From Clostridia bacterium (GTDB taxonomy: Bacteria > Bacillota > Clostridia > Christensenellales > DTU072), in contig DAONQC010000001.1 of the NCBI GenBank assembly GCA_035409945.1, forward strand, positions 21,571 through 85,570: a stretch of 64,000 bases of DNA, in the 5' to 3' direction. Position numbers and translations under genes: made by a program. Below are positions 45,431-56,265 of this stretch, piece by piece (position 1 is the stretch's first letter; every line of letters starts with the position of its first letter). The notes under the pieces are model-generated. The model made no database searches and was not told the DNA's origin. It saw nothing but the letters and a program-made list of their open reading frames with translations.

Positions 45431-48400
45431 TTATTTCCTTTTAGAACGGTTGTTTGTGAAAGCTTTGAGCATTGATTTTTTGCTTAAAATAGATATAATC
45501 GTTATTAATATAATTAACCCTGCAATTGAAGCTAAAATTATATACATCACATTATTAGAGGAAGTAATCGGTTTCTCATAAACGATTTCATATTCTTCTG
45601 TTATATATTCGTATTCATAATTTGAGTCAAGCCCCCCACTAGGTTGTGCAATGTTAGTTCCAACTAGTGTACTAGATAAATTGAGTGAAGGAAGCCCTTC
45701 TAAATCTTCTTCAGAATCACCTGGTAAAAAGCCTTCATATTGAAGTGTATAGCCTGGTTTTTGTCCTGCAGGAGTAGCCTTATCGATAACAGGAATGACT
45801 TTTAAAACAGCTTTTTTTACTCTAAACGATATAGAACTTGTTCCTGCAATGTAATAACTATCATTTGACACCCCTACATTAACAAAATATTGCGCAGCAT
45901 CAATGATTTGGTTTTGCGTAAACGGTTGATTGTCTTTGCGTATTTGTAAAACAGGCTTACAAATATCGTTAGGTGCCACACCTATTATAGAAATGCCAAG
46001 TTCAGGGCCCCCTATTTCAGGATAATTCTTTATTTTATCTCTTCCATTGTATACAAATTCATCTATTAAGTTACCTTCTATGTCTTTTGGTCTTAGGTCA
46101 AAAACTACACGAACTTGTTTCTGCGAAATTTTTATTTCTTTAGTAATTTCTGTCGAAATATAATTACTAAAAGGATTTAATTCTGTTTGAGCTGGAGCAT
46201 TATATTTTGCAGTTACGGTGTGGTATCCGGCTTTCGGATATAGTGGTAATGTACCATCTTCGTTTGCAAACGAATAAGTAACATTTACCGTTTCGTTAAG
46301 CCCTTCTGCGGTCACTCTTGCAGTAAATTTTTGGAAAATATTGCCATATTCTTGATAAGAATTCCCCGATAATTCTATGTAAGGTTTTACCTTTTTAATT
46401 TCTAATTCTGTGGTAGGTCCTCGTAAAGTATATCCAGAATCATTTGTTATTTCTGAAGACACAATATATATGCCCGCATTTTTAGGCGGTATGCTATCTC
46501 TAGTGTAAAATACTCCTTCCTTACCTTCGTAATATATTTTTATGTTAACTGTAGTATTATATCCGTCTAAAGTACTATCTGTACTACCTGGCACGATTAC
46601 CCCGTCATTAATCTTCAATGTCGCTCCAGGTAGATAGTATTCTATGATAGGCTCAACAATAACTTGACTGTTATTAAAATGCGTCGCATCTGGTTTATTA
46701 AGTTTAATTTTTGCTAATGATAATATGCGAGCTTCTATTTCAAAGCTATCATTAGAAAGTGTATAGTTGTGACTTTGTGAACCGCCAGAGATATAAACAT
46801 TATTAACTAGAACTTTTGTGTTTGGGACATCTGGAAGGGATTCATTTAATTTAGAAGTATATGAAATTTCGACTAACTCTTTATCTTTTTCAAGTAATCC
46901 TAACAATTTAAAGTGTTCATTGGTGATATTAGCTTTAGTATCATTATTTGCTGGTTTCTTAAAAACAAGACCACTTTGAACTACTTCAATAGTTCTGGGA
47001 ATGATTGTGAAGTCAGAAGAAAACCTGGTGGGATCATTAAACACTGAATCATTTTCATTTGCTTTACATATAACATTATAATTTTTTAAATTGGCACCAG
47101 ACTTTAGGGCTAGTTTAACTACATAATTGCCAACATCTTTAATGTTATCGCCACATACAACAGTTTCATTTATATCTTGATATACTACTTCGAAAGTAAG
47201 GTTAAGTAGTGAAGGCGTGTCAGTTCCTACAAATGAATATGTAGTGTCATTATACTTGCCATAGTTGATATAAAACTGCACATCTTCATTCCCTTCATAT
47301 AGTATAGATTCACTATCATTATATTTTGAAAAAACAGACGGGCTGTCGCCGTAACGTATTTCCGCTTTATCACCAGTTAGTTTACGAGAAATAGTAATTG
47401 GTATTGTGACTTTATCAATTCGTCCACGCTCACTCATAGTAATCGGTTCTGGGAGTTGAAAATTATTAGCAGAATCAGCATTTACACTAAATGAAATTTT
47501 TATTTTTTTATTCTCACCTGCATCAGAATCTGTTTCTCCTAAGGTTGTAGAAATAAATGTTCCAGAGATAGTGAAGCCTCTATTAAATAATTCTGGACTG
47601 TTAGCATATAAATAATCTCTCTTCTGAGGGGTTAGTGAAATTTTTCTTTGGTCTAATCTATTGTTACCATCATAAATCTTATTAAACCTCTCGTTACCAT
47701 CGTGTATATTATTATAAACTATGTCTTCAGCACTAACCTCCACCACACATTTTGTAATCATTAAAATGGCTGAATCTTTTATTGTTTCAAAAACATCTTC
47801 TTCATTGTACTCATACAGTTGCAACCGGTAGTTTTTAGCCTCTTCTGTGATAAAGGAATATGAAATTTGGTATCCTTCTTGAATGTAGTTTTCGCCCAAT
47901 TGTCTTGTGCATCTTATTAATTCTGGCCAGTTAAAGTTACTAGGGTTTGACAGATAGTCGCTTTTTATAGCAGTTGGAAGATCGTCAATTCTTACATTGA
48001 AATTGCTCGGGTTATAAAAGTCCGGATCGTTTTTTCCGTAGACTTTGGTGAAATCTTTAATTTGTAGAGCAACTGGTCTGCCTAAAATTACATATTTGCC
48101 TTTCCCACCGGATTTGTTTATTCCACTAATTACGAATGAAATATTTGGATTATCATCATATATTACATCATCTATGTCATATGACCCGGCATCTGGATAA
48201 TCTCCGCCAGTTCTTGAGTAAGTAAGTTCAACGGGTATGGTGCTTAGGGGCATAATAACATTGACTGTCTCTTTAGGAACAAGTGGAAGAATGGGAATGG
48301 AATCATTCCATTCATCCCATTGAATTGAAAACTGTTTTGGTGTAATGCTGTAAACTCTTTCAGTTATTTCAAATTTGAACACATTTCCATTATTATCCAT

Positions 48401-51400
48401 TGCACTTGTGTTAACAGAAACAGCATAGTTTAAGCTACCATCATATGTATAACCTGTATAATAGTAGGAACCCACGTCTTCTCCTACATCACGGATTAGC
48501 GTCGCACTAATTATAACCAGTTCGCCGTCACCAGGTTCATCATGAATTCCAGTTTGATCAATCATAATTGTTTTGTTTACAGTGAGACTATCTATATTAT
48601 CCAACTCACCGTATGTTTTTATTATATTTGTGGGTATCAAAGTTATTGAATATGGTGTGACATTAAAGGTTTTTTCATCAAATACTGTTTCACTAGTATA
48701 TATATAATAGTTGGAATTATCAGTTAAAGCTGCCTTTACAGTATACTGTCCACAATCTTTGTAACTGGTTTTGCTCCCCGGTTCATAATATGTTATATCT
48801 GTGTTTTCTATATCTCTGCTCTTGTCAACAAAAGAATATACATAGGCTCCCAGATTAATGTTGTCACCTTCAACTATGCCAGAATAATAATTGTCACCTT
48901 CGCTAACATATCCCACCCCGCTGCTTAATTCTACTTGTATATCATTGCTATTTCCATTAAATACAATATTATTATCCAAACCAAAGGTAACTTGAATGGG
49001 TCGAGGTTTAATTTTGAAATGTCTTTCTAAAACGCTACCTTCAGCAAGTAATACATAGTTTTTTTCTGTGTTAGCAAGACTTATCATAATTTTGTAACTG
49101 TCAGAAACAGCGTAAGCAGCATCAATTCGTTGCTGTCCATTATGAACAACTTTATCAATTCTAGGTTCATCTCCAGAAATGAAAGAATATCCTGGCTGGT
49201 ACGCATATCCGATCGAATTTGCGAAATTTTGATTAGAACCACCATAAATAAATTCCATATTCTCTTCTAGTGGTTGACTGTTGTATACCAAATATGCTTT
49301 CAGAGGTTTTGGCGTAATTTCAAATTGTACGTTATTAGGGATGGTACTCTCCACTTTATAGTTATTGTTGTGCGAATGAGCAGTCACAGTATACACTCCA
49401 GTTTGCGATACGGCAGTTGTGGTTACTCCAGAAATGTTTGTATATTGTAGCCTTATTATGCTATCTAGCGTATCTGTTCCAAGTGGTCCATACCCTGCTG
49501 TTGCAGAATATTGGATGTGTTGGATTGTCTTGTTGTACACTCTAGTATTTGTTGAATCAAATTCAATTATTAAATCCTTTGGTTTTACGGAGTAATTTAA
49601 TATATTGCAATTTTGTGCGTTAGTGTTAGATAAATTACTGCTTGTAATTATATAATTAAGATGATTTGTTAAACCACTGTCTCCTGTAAGAGTTACGGTT
49701 GTTTGATAACTACCGGCATTTAATATTTGTCCTACAGAAACCCTACTAGTTGGGGGACCATACATATGATCTTGTTTCAACGAAACCAATCCAGCATCTG
49801 CTTCCGCAAGAGGTTTCGTAGGGTCAAATTGTACTCCAATAGAAAGAGGTTCGTTATTAAAAACTAAGTTAGAATATGCAGAGAATTGTATCCCTAATTC
49901 TCTCTTTAAAATAGTAAATAATCTTGTTCTGTTTGTTTCAGGAGGCATACTATAATTTACTTCGTTAAAGTTTATAATTACCTTATAATTCCCTGCAGTT
50001 TTTGGTTCAGGAACTAACGCTAATGTTGAAGCATCGTAAAAAACATAGCTGATATTTGGTGTTTGGTCGTTTGGGATTACACCAGTTAACGTGGCACTAA
50101 TTTCAGATTTTTTTGAGGTTGCATCATATATTAATGTCTGTGGAATAGAAATGTTAACACCTAATGGTTTTTTTGCGATTGTGAAACTAGTAGTAATTGA
50201 ATCTTTGAAGTTTCCTTTACCAGTAATCTCAATACTAGCGTTACCAGCATCCTTATGATTAGAATAAACGAGAGTAAAATCTGTATCTTTATAGAGTAAG
50301 TTTTCTTTATATTTGATGGTTGGTTTCGGCGTTATATTGGCAAAACAATAGCTTTGTGATTCTATAGGAGCAACTGTTAGAAGTGGTTCGTTTTTGATAC
50401 TACAAGCCGTTATTGTTATACTACGGGTTATGTCTGCAGGCCTAATTTTATATGAAGGATTAGATAAGCTGCAAGTTAATGTATATGTGCCTACATTTAT
50501 TACAGTATCAGAGCCCCAGCTTTTATTTACAGCCACTGAATCGCCTAGAATTATGTCAGAGACTTTTACCTGTACTTCAACATTATCGCTCTTGCTCGTA
50601 GAATCATAAACAAATGACAAAGTTCCAAAATCAAGAGAGACTTCTTTAGGTGTGACCTCTATTTCTTGATAATTATCACTAGCATTAATCACATAATTTA
50701 GAGTTAAGAACCTTAAATTACCTTCTGTGCCATTCTTTACATATGCTGATGCATTGTACTTTCCAACTGTCTTAATTTCGGTTATAGGAGTACCATTTAT
50801 GTTCTTATATGATAAACCTAAATAGCTAGGAGATAATTCTGTATTTACTGTTGAAACGTTAACCTTTAAACCAAGGTCAGAACCAATATAGTTAGTGCCA
50901 TTATACACAAGAGGTTGAACAGAAGAACCGGTTCCCGTCTTAAAAGTCACGTTAACAACCCAAGGATTTATTTTAATGTCATTAACATTAGTTTGTGAAG
51001 CGTTGGTAATATAGTAGTTATTTCTACCAGAGCCCTCTGTTTTTAATGCAGTTGCAGAGTAGGTTCCAGCATTTCTCAATTCATCAACAACATTGTTGCT
51101 TGCATTTTTATATACAGTACTTATAGTTACCGTGTCTCTTTCATATATTGCCGAATTTGCGTCTTCAATCGTACACACAAACGGGTGTGGGTTTTTATTG
51201 AATGTAAATGTTTTATTTTCAGGCCAAATAACTTTTATGCCTTTAGGCGTGATTTCAAAAGGAATACTGTAGCTATTAATAACGTTCTGGTCTGTAGGTA
51301 GCCTATAATTAGCTACATCTGCTCCAGAAAGAATCCCAACTCTAGCATGATAAGTGCCAGCATCAAAACATTCGTATGGTTCAGTTGATGAACTGTTCCG

Positions 51401-53887
51401 AAATGTTAATGACGAAATGTGAACCTCATCGCTTCCGATAGCATTATTTACATGCAAACTTGGTAATATGCGCTGCCCATTGTACACGAAAATATAGTCA
51501 CTATCTAGACTTTGCACATCTCCATCACTAGTGTGCCACTCTAGTGTCACTGTTCTTTTTGTGATACTACAGTTGTACAGTATAATATCAATAGAGCCAC
51601 CTCCAACTGGGGGATTAATTTTGTAGTTAATGTTGTTAACACTACAATTCACTAATTTAACATTAACAGAACCACTGCCCGTTACATTTGAAACAGGGAC
51701 GCCACTAGAGTTTACAAAACTGCTTAGAGTATCATCAAATGTTATATATGTATTGCTTTCATCTCCTGGGAGGAGTCCATTAAGAAGATAATGTTCATTT
51801 AAACGCAATCCTATTACACTTGAAGAACCATCATATTCTTTAGAGTACGACATTTGCGCCCCTTCTGTTTGCACCGTAATAACTCTCTGTTCAATTTGTA
51901 CAGTTAAAGGGGATGCTGGAGCTGTATACGTGTAGACTTCACTAGGATTATTACTGGAATTCCCTGCTATTACTTCGCCATCTTGTAATGGAACCTCTTG
52001 ATTTTGATCTGTTGTTCTATACAGTAAAACGGTATAAGTACCTACTCTTGAGTGGGTAGTAACATTTCTGCTCCCTGATATTCCTACTGTATCATAGGCT
52101 GAATTAGCAACATTATCTAAATCTTTATATTGGCTTACCCATTTAATCCCTGGAAATAATGACGAAGTACCTGAAGGAGCTCCAGAAAATAAAACACCTG
52201 TCCTATCATATGTTTTTTTGTCGTCTACTACATCTGCAAACGAAGTTACCATGGGTGACGAGTTAATTGTGAAGAAGTAAACTATATGGTTTTTAGAATT
52301 CTTAGGGAAATTAAAACTCACTGAATTTAATTCAGATAGCGAATAGTCGTCATACACAGTAATGTAGTATTTATGGTCGTACCTATCGTCATATGTACCA
52401 GCAGATACGTAATACATATTGGTCTGTGTTACATTAGCTACTAGGATTATTTCACCTTGCGGGTTGATTGTTGTATAATCTAAAGTTCCGTATGCAGCAC
52501 CACTGGAATCTTTATATTTGGCAGCTGTTTCAGGATTTAACTCATTAATATTATTTGTAGATGTATGACTTCCAAAGCCCCAACCTAGGTAAAACAATCC
52601 ACCATCTTTACCAGCTTCCTGTTTGCCATTTTCTCCGATAGCAGTTTTAGTGGTGGAACTGCCACCAGTAAAGTCATATGAAGTAAGTATTTGTAATTTA
52701 CCTCTATTATTAGAAACCTCACCGTCTGCTTTGACTTTAAACACATTAGAAATAATTAAATTGGAACCTGCAGAACCTCCCCAAGTGCCAGCTTTATTAA
52801 CAGTTCCTATAGGAGCAGTTGCAGATTTATTTGCTGATTTATACAGTAGTCCATCGACAGAGAAATTAGCAGCGCGATTCGAACCAAAAACATTTCCTGC
52901 ATAACCGGTGGTAAGGTCAACATTGTTTGAGGGTTTTAGGTTAGATGCAATAACCCCATTCCCTTTTAAAGTGAAATTGACTAGAGTTGGGCTGGCGTTT
53001 GATACTGTATGAAGCTCACCGACGACCCCTCCTGCAATAGAACGGCAGGGATTATTATCAGCGGTTATCTCTATTTTTGAAGCAATTTGACTATTACCAC
53101 CCCAAGGTATCTTTTTGCCGTTGACATTTTTGTTTTCCGCACGAGACGATATTAGGCCGTTGTTGTTTAGAGTTGAATGATAAATCTTACCTGCCCCTTG
53201 TGCGGTCCCTACGAAACCTCCTGCAATTCCTCCTGCTCCTCCTAAATAATTAATGTCAGATTCCGATCCGCGCCCATCAATCCCTAACGCAGAAAAAGCA
53301 GCATTTTCACTAATATTTAGTTGGACTTTTTCTATCTTTCCAGTTGTATCTAAAAGTCCAGCGATTATTCCTGCACTGATAAAAAAGGAATTTTCCTCTA
53401 CAACTTCTTTACGGCTATAGCCTGTCAAAATATTGTTTGTTAATGTAAAGTGTAGATTGGCATTATAATTTATAGTTACGTCTTTGAATGTTCCACTAAG
53501 TTTACCTGTAAAAAGCCCTGCATATACGTTGGCAGCATCTGTATGGTTATGTTTCTTGTATCCGTTTATAGTAATTGTATGCCCATTTCCATTAAACGTT
53601 CCACTATAAACGTTATTTTTACCATGTTGATCTGTTGTCCCTAAATTAATAGTTATATCTTGAGTTAGTTCAACACTCTCTGAAGTTGTGCTATTCAAAA
53701 TACTTAGAAGTGCATCGCCTGAACTGACTGCAGTCGCTTCAGCATTATTATTCTGTGTAACCGTAAGACAAGTAATTGTCTGTGTTGATAAAAATGTTAT
53801 CAAAAATAAACTCACTAAAAAAAGAATTAGCAAGCTAATTTTGGATAATTTGTAAAATACAGTTGGTAGAAAAGTATCGTGTTTCAA
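45431..53887 (-). CDS. Giant (2818 aa) tail-anchored cell-surface repeat protein with a GLUG-like N-terminal region and many MBG-like modules
   Basis: TTG start with GAGG 6 nt upstream, and an N-terminal signal/TM helix. The first ~450 aa has Gly-rich motifs (AGLFTG, GGIAGGFVG, SIAGGVVG, GYAGNVFG). Next come dozens of ~80-90 aa modules (ITPK..., Y[DN]G..., [AV]G[TK]Y..., NY...). The C-terminus has a TM helix plus the basic tail NNRSKRK, with no LPXTG. Confidence 0.85.
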   Translation of the reverse strand: MKHDTFLPTVFYKLSKISLLILFLVSLFLITFLSTQTITCLTVTQNNNAEATAVSSGDALLSILNSTTSESVELTQDITINLGTTDQHGKNNVYSGTFNGNGHTITINGYKKHNHTDAANVYAGLFTGKLSGTFKDVTINYNANLHFTLTNNILTGYSRKEVVEENSFFISAGIIAGLLDTTGKIEKVQLNISENAAFSALGIDGRGSESDINYLGGAGGIAGGFVGTAQGAGKIYHSTLNNNGLISSRAENKNVNGKKIPWGGNSQIASKIEITADNNPCRSIAGGVVGELHTVSNASPTLVNFTLKGNGVIASNLKPSNNVDLTTGYAGNVFGSNRAANFSVDGLLYKSANKSATAPIGTVNKAGTWGGSAGSNLIISNVFKVKADGEVSNNRGKLQILTSYDFTGGSSTTKTAIGENGKQEAGKDGGLFYLGWGFGSHTSTNNINELNPETAAKYKDSSGAAYGTLDYTTINPQGEIILVANVTQTNMYYVSAGTYDDRYDHKYYITVYDDYSLSELNSVSFNFPKNSKNHIVYFFTINSSPMVTSFADVVDDKKTYDRTGVLFSGAPSGTSSLFPGIKWVSQYKDLDNVANSAYDTVGISGSRNVTTHSRVGTYTVLLYRTTDQNQEVPLQDGEVIAGNSSNNPSEVYTYTAPASPLTVQIEQRVITVQTEGAQMSYSKEYDGSSSVIGLRLNEHYLLNGLLPGDESNTYITFDDTLSSFVNSSGVPVSNVTGSGSVNVKLVNCSVNNINYKINPPVGGGSIDIILYNCSITKRTVTLEWHTSDGDVQSLDSDYIFVYNGQRILPSLHVNNAIGSDEVHISSLTFRNSSSTEPYECFDAGTYHARVGILSGADVANYRLPTDQNVINSYSIPFEITPKGIKVIWPENKTFTFNKNPHPFVCTIEDANSAIYERDTVTISTVYKNASNNVVDELRNAGTYSATALKTEGSGRNNYYITNASQTNVNDIKINPWVVNVTFKTGTGSSVQPLVYNGTNYIGSDLGLKVNVSTVNTELSPSYLGLSYKNINGTPITEIKTVGKYNASAYVKNGTEGNLRFLTLNYVINASDNYQEIEVTPKEVSLDFGTLSFVYDSTSKSDNVEVQVKVSDIILGDSVAVNKSWGSDTVINVGTYTLTCSLSNPSYKIRPADITRSITITACSIKNEPLLTVAPIESQSYCFANITPKPTIKYKENLLYKDTDFTLVYSNHKDAGNASIEITGKGNFKDSITTSFTIAKKPLGVNISIPQTLIYDATSKKSEISATLTGVIPNDQTPNISYVFYDASTLALVPEPKTAGNYKVIINFNEVNYSMPPETNRTRLFTILKRELGIQFSAYSNLVFNNEPLSIGVQFDPTKPLAEADAGLVSLKQDHMYGPPTSRVSVGQILNAGSYQTTVTLTGDSGLTNHLNYIITSSNLSNTNAQNCNILNYSVKPKDLIIEFDSTNTRVYNKTIQHIQYSATAGYGPLGTDTLDSIIRLQYTNISGVTTTAVSQTGVYTVTAHSHNNNYKVESTIPNNVQFEITPKPLKAYLVYNSQPLEENMEFIYGGSNQNFANSIGYAYQPGYSFISGDEPRIDKVVHNGQQRIDAAYAVSDSYKIMISLANTEKNYVLLAEGSVLERHFKIKPRPIQVTFGLDNNIVFNGNSNDIQVELSSGVGYVSEGDNYYSGIVEGDNINLGAYVYSFVDKSRDIENTDITYYEPGSKTSYKDCGQYTVKAALTDNSNYYIYTSETVFDEKTFNVTPYSITLIPTNIIKTYGELDNIDSLTVNKTIMIDQTGIHDEPGDGELVIISATLIRDVGEDVGSYYYTGYTYDGSLNYAVSVNTSAMDNNGNVFKFEITERVYSITPKQFSIQWDEWNDSIPILPLVPKETVNVIMPLSTIPVELTYSRTGGDYPDAGSYDIDDVIYDDNPNISFVISGINKSGGKGKYVILGRPVALQIKDFTKVYGKNDPDFYNPSNFNVRIDDLPTAIKSDYLSNPSNFNWPELIRCTRQLGENYIQEGYQISYSFITEEAKNYRLQLYEYNEEDVFETIKDSAILMITKCVVEVSAEDIVYNNIHDGNERFNKIYDGNNRLDQRKISLTPQKRDYLYANSPELFNRGFTISGTFISTTLGETDSDAGENKKIKISFSVNADSANNFQLPEPITMSERGRIDKVTIPITISRKLTGDKAEIRYGDSPSVFSKYNDSESILYEGNEDVQFYINYGKYNDTTYSFVGTDTPSLLNLTFEVVYQDINETVVCGDNIKDVGNYVVKLALKSGANLKNYNVICKANENDSVFNDPTRFSSDFTIIPRTIEVVQSGLVFKKPANNDTKANITNEHFKLLGLLEKDKELVEISYTSKLNESLPDVPNTKVLVNNVYISGGSQSHNYTLSNDSFEIEARILSLAKIKLNKPDATHFNNSQVIVEPIIEYYLPGATLKINDGVIVPGSTDSTLDGYNTTVNIKIYYEGKEGVFYTRDSIPPKNAGIYIVSSEITNDSGYTLRGPTTELEIKKVKPYIELSGNSYQEYGNIFQKFTARVTAEGLNETVNVTYSFANEDGTLPLYPKAGYHTVTAKYNAPAQTELNPFSNYISTEITKEIKISQKQVRVVFDLRPKDIEGNLIDEFVYNGRDKIKNYPEIGGPELGISIIGVAPNDICKPVLQIRKDNQPFTQNQIIDAAQYFVNVGVSNDSYYIAGTSSISFRVKKAVLKVIPVIDKATPAGQKPGYTLQYEGFLPGDSEEDLEGLPSLNLSSTLVGTNIAQPSGGLDSNYEYEYITEEYEIVYEKPITSSNNVMYIILASIAGLIILITIISILSKKSMLKAFTNNRSKRK

Positions 53888-53952
53888 ATACTGCCTCTTT
53901 TAACTTAGAATTTATTTTTTATGGTAAGATAGACATATTCCTATTTTATTAT

Positions 53953-53981
53953 ATTATATACTATGCGCACGCGTGTGTCGA
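53953..53981 (-). promoter_or_regulatory. Promoter of the giant surface-protein gene with a G+C-rich palindromic spacer
   Basis: Read on the - strand: TCGACA (53976-53981), the 17-nt spacer CACGCGTGCGCATAGTA, then TATAAT (53953-53958). Confidence 0.5.
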
Positions 53982-54067
53982 CATAAGTTATGAATTTTCA
54001 CAACAATTTCACGAACCGTTAAACCTACTGAATTGTGTAGCTTATAGAAAAGCAGAGGATATCTATA

Positions 54068-54733
54068 CTATTCGACCTCAATTATATCTTCATCTTTTAG
54101 AAAGTCGGGTAAAGCATCTGACGAGTCTTTTATAACAGCCTTTTGAACTTGTGTTGAACCTGTTGTTGGGTCGCGATACAATTCGTCTGTTTTTGGGTAA
54201 TATTTATCATGGTTATTTTTTATTTTGTTTAACAATCCTTCATAATCTGGAAGATCGTTGATGGAAGAAATGCCAAATTTACGCAAGAATTCAACAGTTG
54301 TACCGTATAGGATAGGTCTACCAACTGTTTCTTTTCTGCCAATACCATCAATTAACCCTAAGTTTAACAGCATTGATACTACATAATCGGAATTAACTCC
54401 TCTTAATTCTTCTATTTCGGCTTTGGTGACAGGTTGTTTATACGCAATTATAGCGAGAACTTGTAGTAGAGTTTTGCTAAGTTCGCGCTCTCTTGTTTCT
54501 TTTAAGATATCAGATAGAATTACTCCATATTTTGGATTTGATTGAAATTGTAAAGTTTTATTCACTTCTATTAGAATAATTCCACGTTCGCCACCATAGG
54601 TGTTTTTTAAGTTTTTTATAGCTTCTAAAACATCTTGTTCAGAATAATCACTTTTAAGGCTATCAATTATTTTTTCAATAGACAGCCCATGACCGCTAGC
54701 AAAAATAAGAGCTTCAATTATACTCATCAACAT
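54068..54733 (-). CDS. scpB: Segregation and condensation protein B
   Basis: IEALIFASG..LS..KI N-terminus and two wHTH-like repeats. It follows scpA with an overlap. Confidence 0.9.
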   Translation of the reverse strand: MLMSIIEALIFASGHGLSIEKIIDSLKSDYSEQDVLEAIKNLKNTYGGERGIILIEVNKTLQFQSNPKYGVILSDILKETRERELSKTLLQVLAIIAYKQPVTKAEIEELRGVNSDYVVSMLLNLGLIDGIGRKETVGRPILYGTTVEFLRKFGISSINDLPDYEGLLNKIKNNHDKYYPKTDELYRDPTTGSTQVQKAVIKDSSDALPDFLKDEDIIEVE

Positions 54734-55538
54734 TTTTCAATAAAATCTCCTTTAAACTATTAATTTTATGTGCGTCTGCATCTTTATTTAAGTGTAGCCA
54801 AATAGATTCAATTTTGTCATTTTCCTCTTGTGAAACTGACAAAAACTGTTCTTTGCATAGTTCCAGAACTGCTAAAAAAGTGTTAATTACTTCTACTTTC
54901 GAAAAATCGGGCTCTATGAAATCAACAAATTTAGCAGTTTTATATACCTCCATATATTCTAATATAAACTTAATCCGATCGGACACTTTAAATCTTTCTG
55001 TAGGGATTTTTTTAATAACATTTGAATCTTCAGTAAATTCTATCACCTCTAGTAAGGTTGAAAATGCAGATATCATTTTATTAACATCGAAATTTTTTAT
55101 AATGAGGTTATATTCTTTTTCGTCGTACTCTGGTTCTCTGTAAAACCTGTTTAGTATTTCAGTTTTCGCTAGCTTGCCGGCAGCTTCTTTGTACACCAAG
55201 TAATTCTCAGCACGTAATTCAAACAATTTTTCATCGGAAATAATAAATCCATCTTCTAGTTCGTCAAACTCAATCTTTGGTAATAAACGAGAAGATTTTA
55301 ACTCTAATAACGTTGCAGCCAAGAGCAAAAAAGAAGAAATTTCTTCGTAATTTTTGTCTTTAAGGGAACTAACGTAGTCGATGAACTGTCTTGTAATATC
55401 TGATACAAAAATATCTTCAATTGCCACTTCTTCTTTGGAGCACATCGATAATAGCACGTCTAGAGGGACATCTTCGTTGTAGAGGTGATAACTTAATGGG
55501 GAGGTTTGTTTTGCCGTATAATCAATATTATTTTCCAT
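54714..55538 (-). CDS. scpA: Segregation and condensation protein A (kleisin)
   Basis: PLDVLL motif, F.DY.....SSFLLLAATLLELKS and a C-terminal winged helix. It is adjacent to scpB. Confidence 0.88.
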   Translation of the reverse strand: MENNIDYTAKQTSPLSYHLYNEDVPLDVLLSMCSKEEVAIEDIFVSDITRQFIDYVSSLKDKNYEEISSFLLLAATLLELKSSRLLPKIEFDELEDGFIISDEKLFELRAENYLVYKEAAGKLAKTEILNRFYREPEYDEKEYNLIIKNFDVNKMISAFSTLLEVIEFTEDSNVIKKIPTERFKVSDRIKFILEYMEVYKTAKFVDFIEPDFSKVEVINTFLAVLELCKEQFLSVSQEENDKIESIWLHLNKDADAHKINSLKEILLKNVDEYN

Positions 55539-55539
55539 T

Positions 55540-56265
55540 TTAACTCCCCCAATAAAATTTTATGCTTGCGATTTCTACTTTATTCAAAAGCTTAATGATA
55601 AGATCATCATAACTTCCAAATAAATCTAACCAAGGAATATTTGTGTAGCGACCTACTATGCCTAGCGCAACGATGACGAAGATTATTATTTGACCCCATT
55701 TTATCATAAATTTTTGATATCCGATACATCTAGGTAATAAAGTAGCAATGAAGTTATACCCGTCCAAAGGATAAATAGGTAACAAATTGAACAAAGCTAG
55801 CATAAAATTGATTCTGACACCTATTACAATGAATGTATAGAAAAAGTTTTTTAAGAAATCTAGAACTATATTAGAAGCGAACTTATAAAATAATGGTAAT
55901 GCAAAAAAATACACACATAACAACAAGCCAGCAATTAGGCAATTTGTTACTATACCAGCTAAAGAAACTGTTATCATTCCTTTTTTGTAATGATTGAAGT
56001 TTGAAGAATTTACTGGAATCGGTTTAGCCCATCCAAATCCAACTAGAAAAAACATTATGGTACCAAGAGGTTCAAAGTGATGGGATGGATTAAACTTTAG
56101 TCGACCATTTTCCTTTGCGGTAGTATCGCCATTTAGTAAAGCTGCATAGCCATGGCTAATTTCGTGTGATATTATCGAAAACATAGTAATTGAGATAAAT
56201 CCTATTAAAATGGCTAATTTATCGATTAATGTTCCTGGACCTGTTAACAATTTTATTGTAAACAT
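55540..56265 (-). CDS. M50-family (site-2 protease-like) membrane metalloprotease
   Basis: HEISH zinc motif within a TM helix, a second motif NLLPIYPLDG, and multiple TM helices. Confidence 0.8.
   Translation of the reverse strand: MFTIKLLTGPGTLIDKLAILIGFISITMFSIISHEISHGYAALLNGDTTAKENGRLKFNPSHHFEPLGTIMFFLVGFGWAKPIPVNSSNFNHYKKGMITVSLAGIVTNCLIAGLLLCVYFFALPLFYKFASNIVLDFLKNFFYTFIVIGVRINFMLALFNLLPIYPLDGYNFIATLLPRCIGYQKFMIKWGQIIIFVIVALGIVGRYTNIPWLDLFGSYDDLIIKLLNKVEIASIKFYWGS

Noticed and set aside
53863-54135. 90-aa ORF on the + strand in the scpB / giant-gene spacer
   Set aside because: It overlaps the 5' end of the giant gene, its promoter and the 3' end of scpB on the opposite strand. It has no RBS and an implausible Tyr/Ile/Phe-rich composition.
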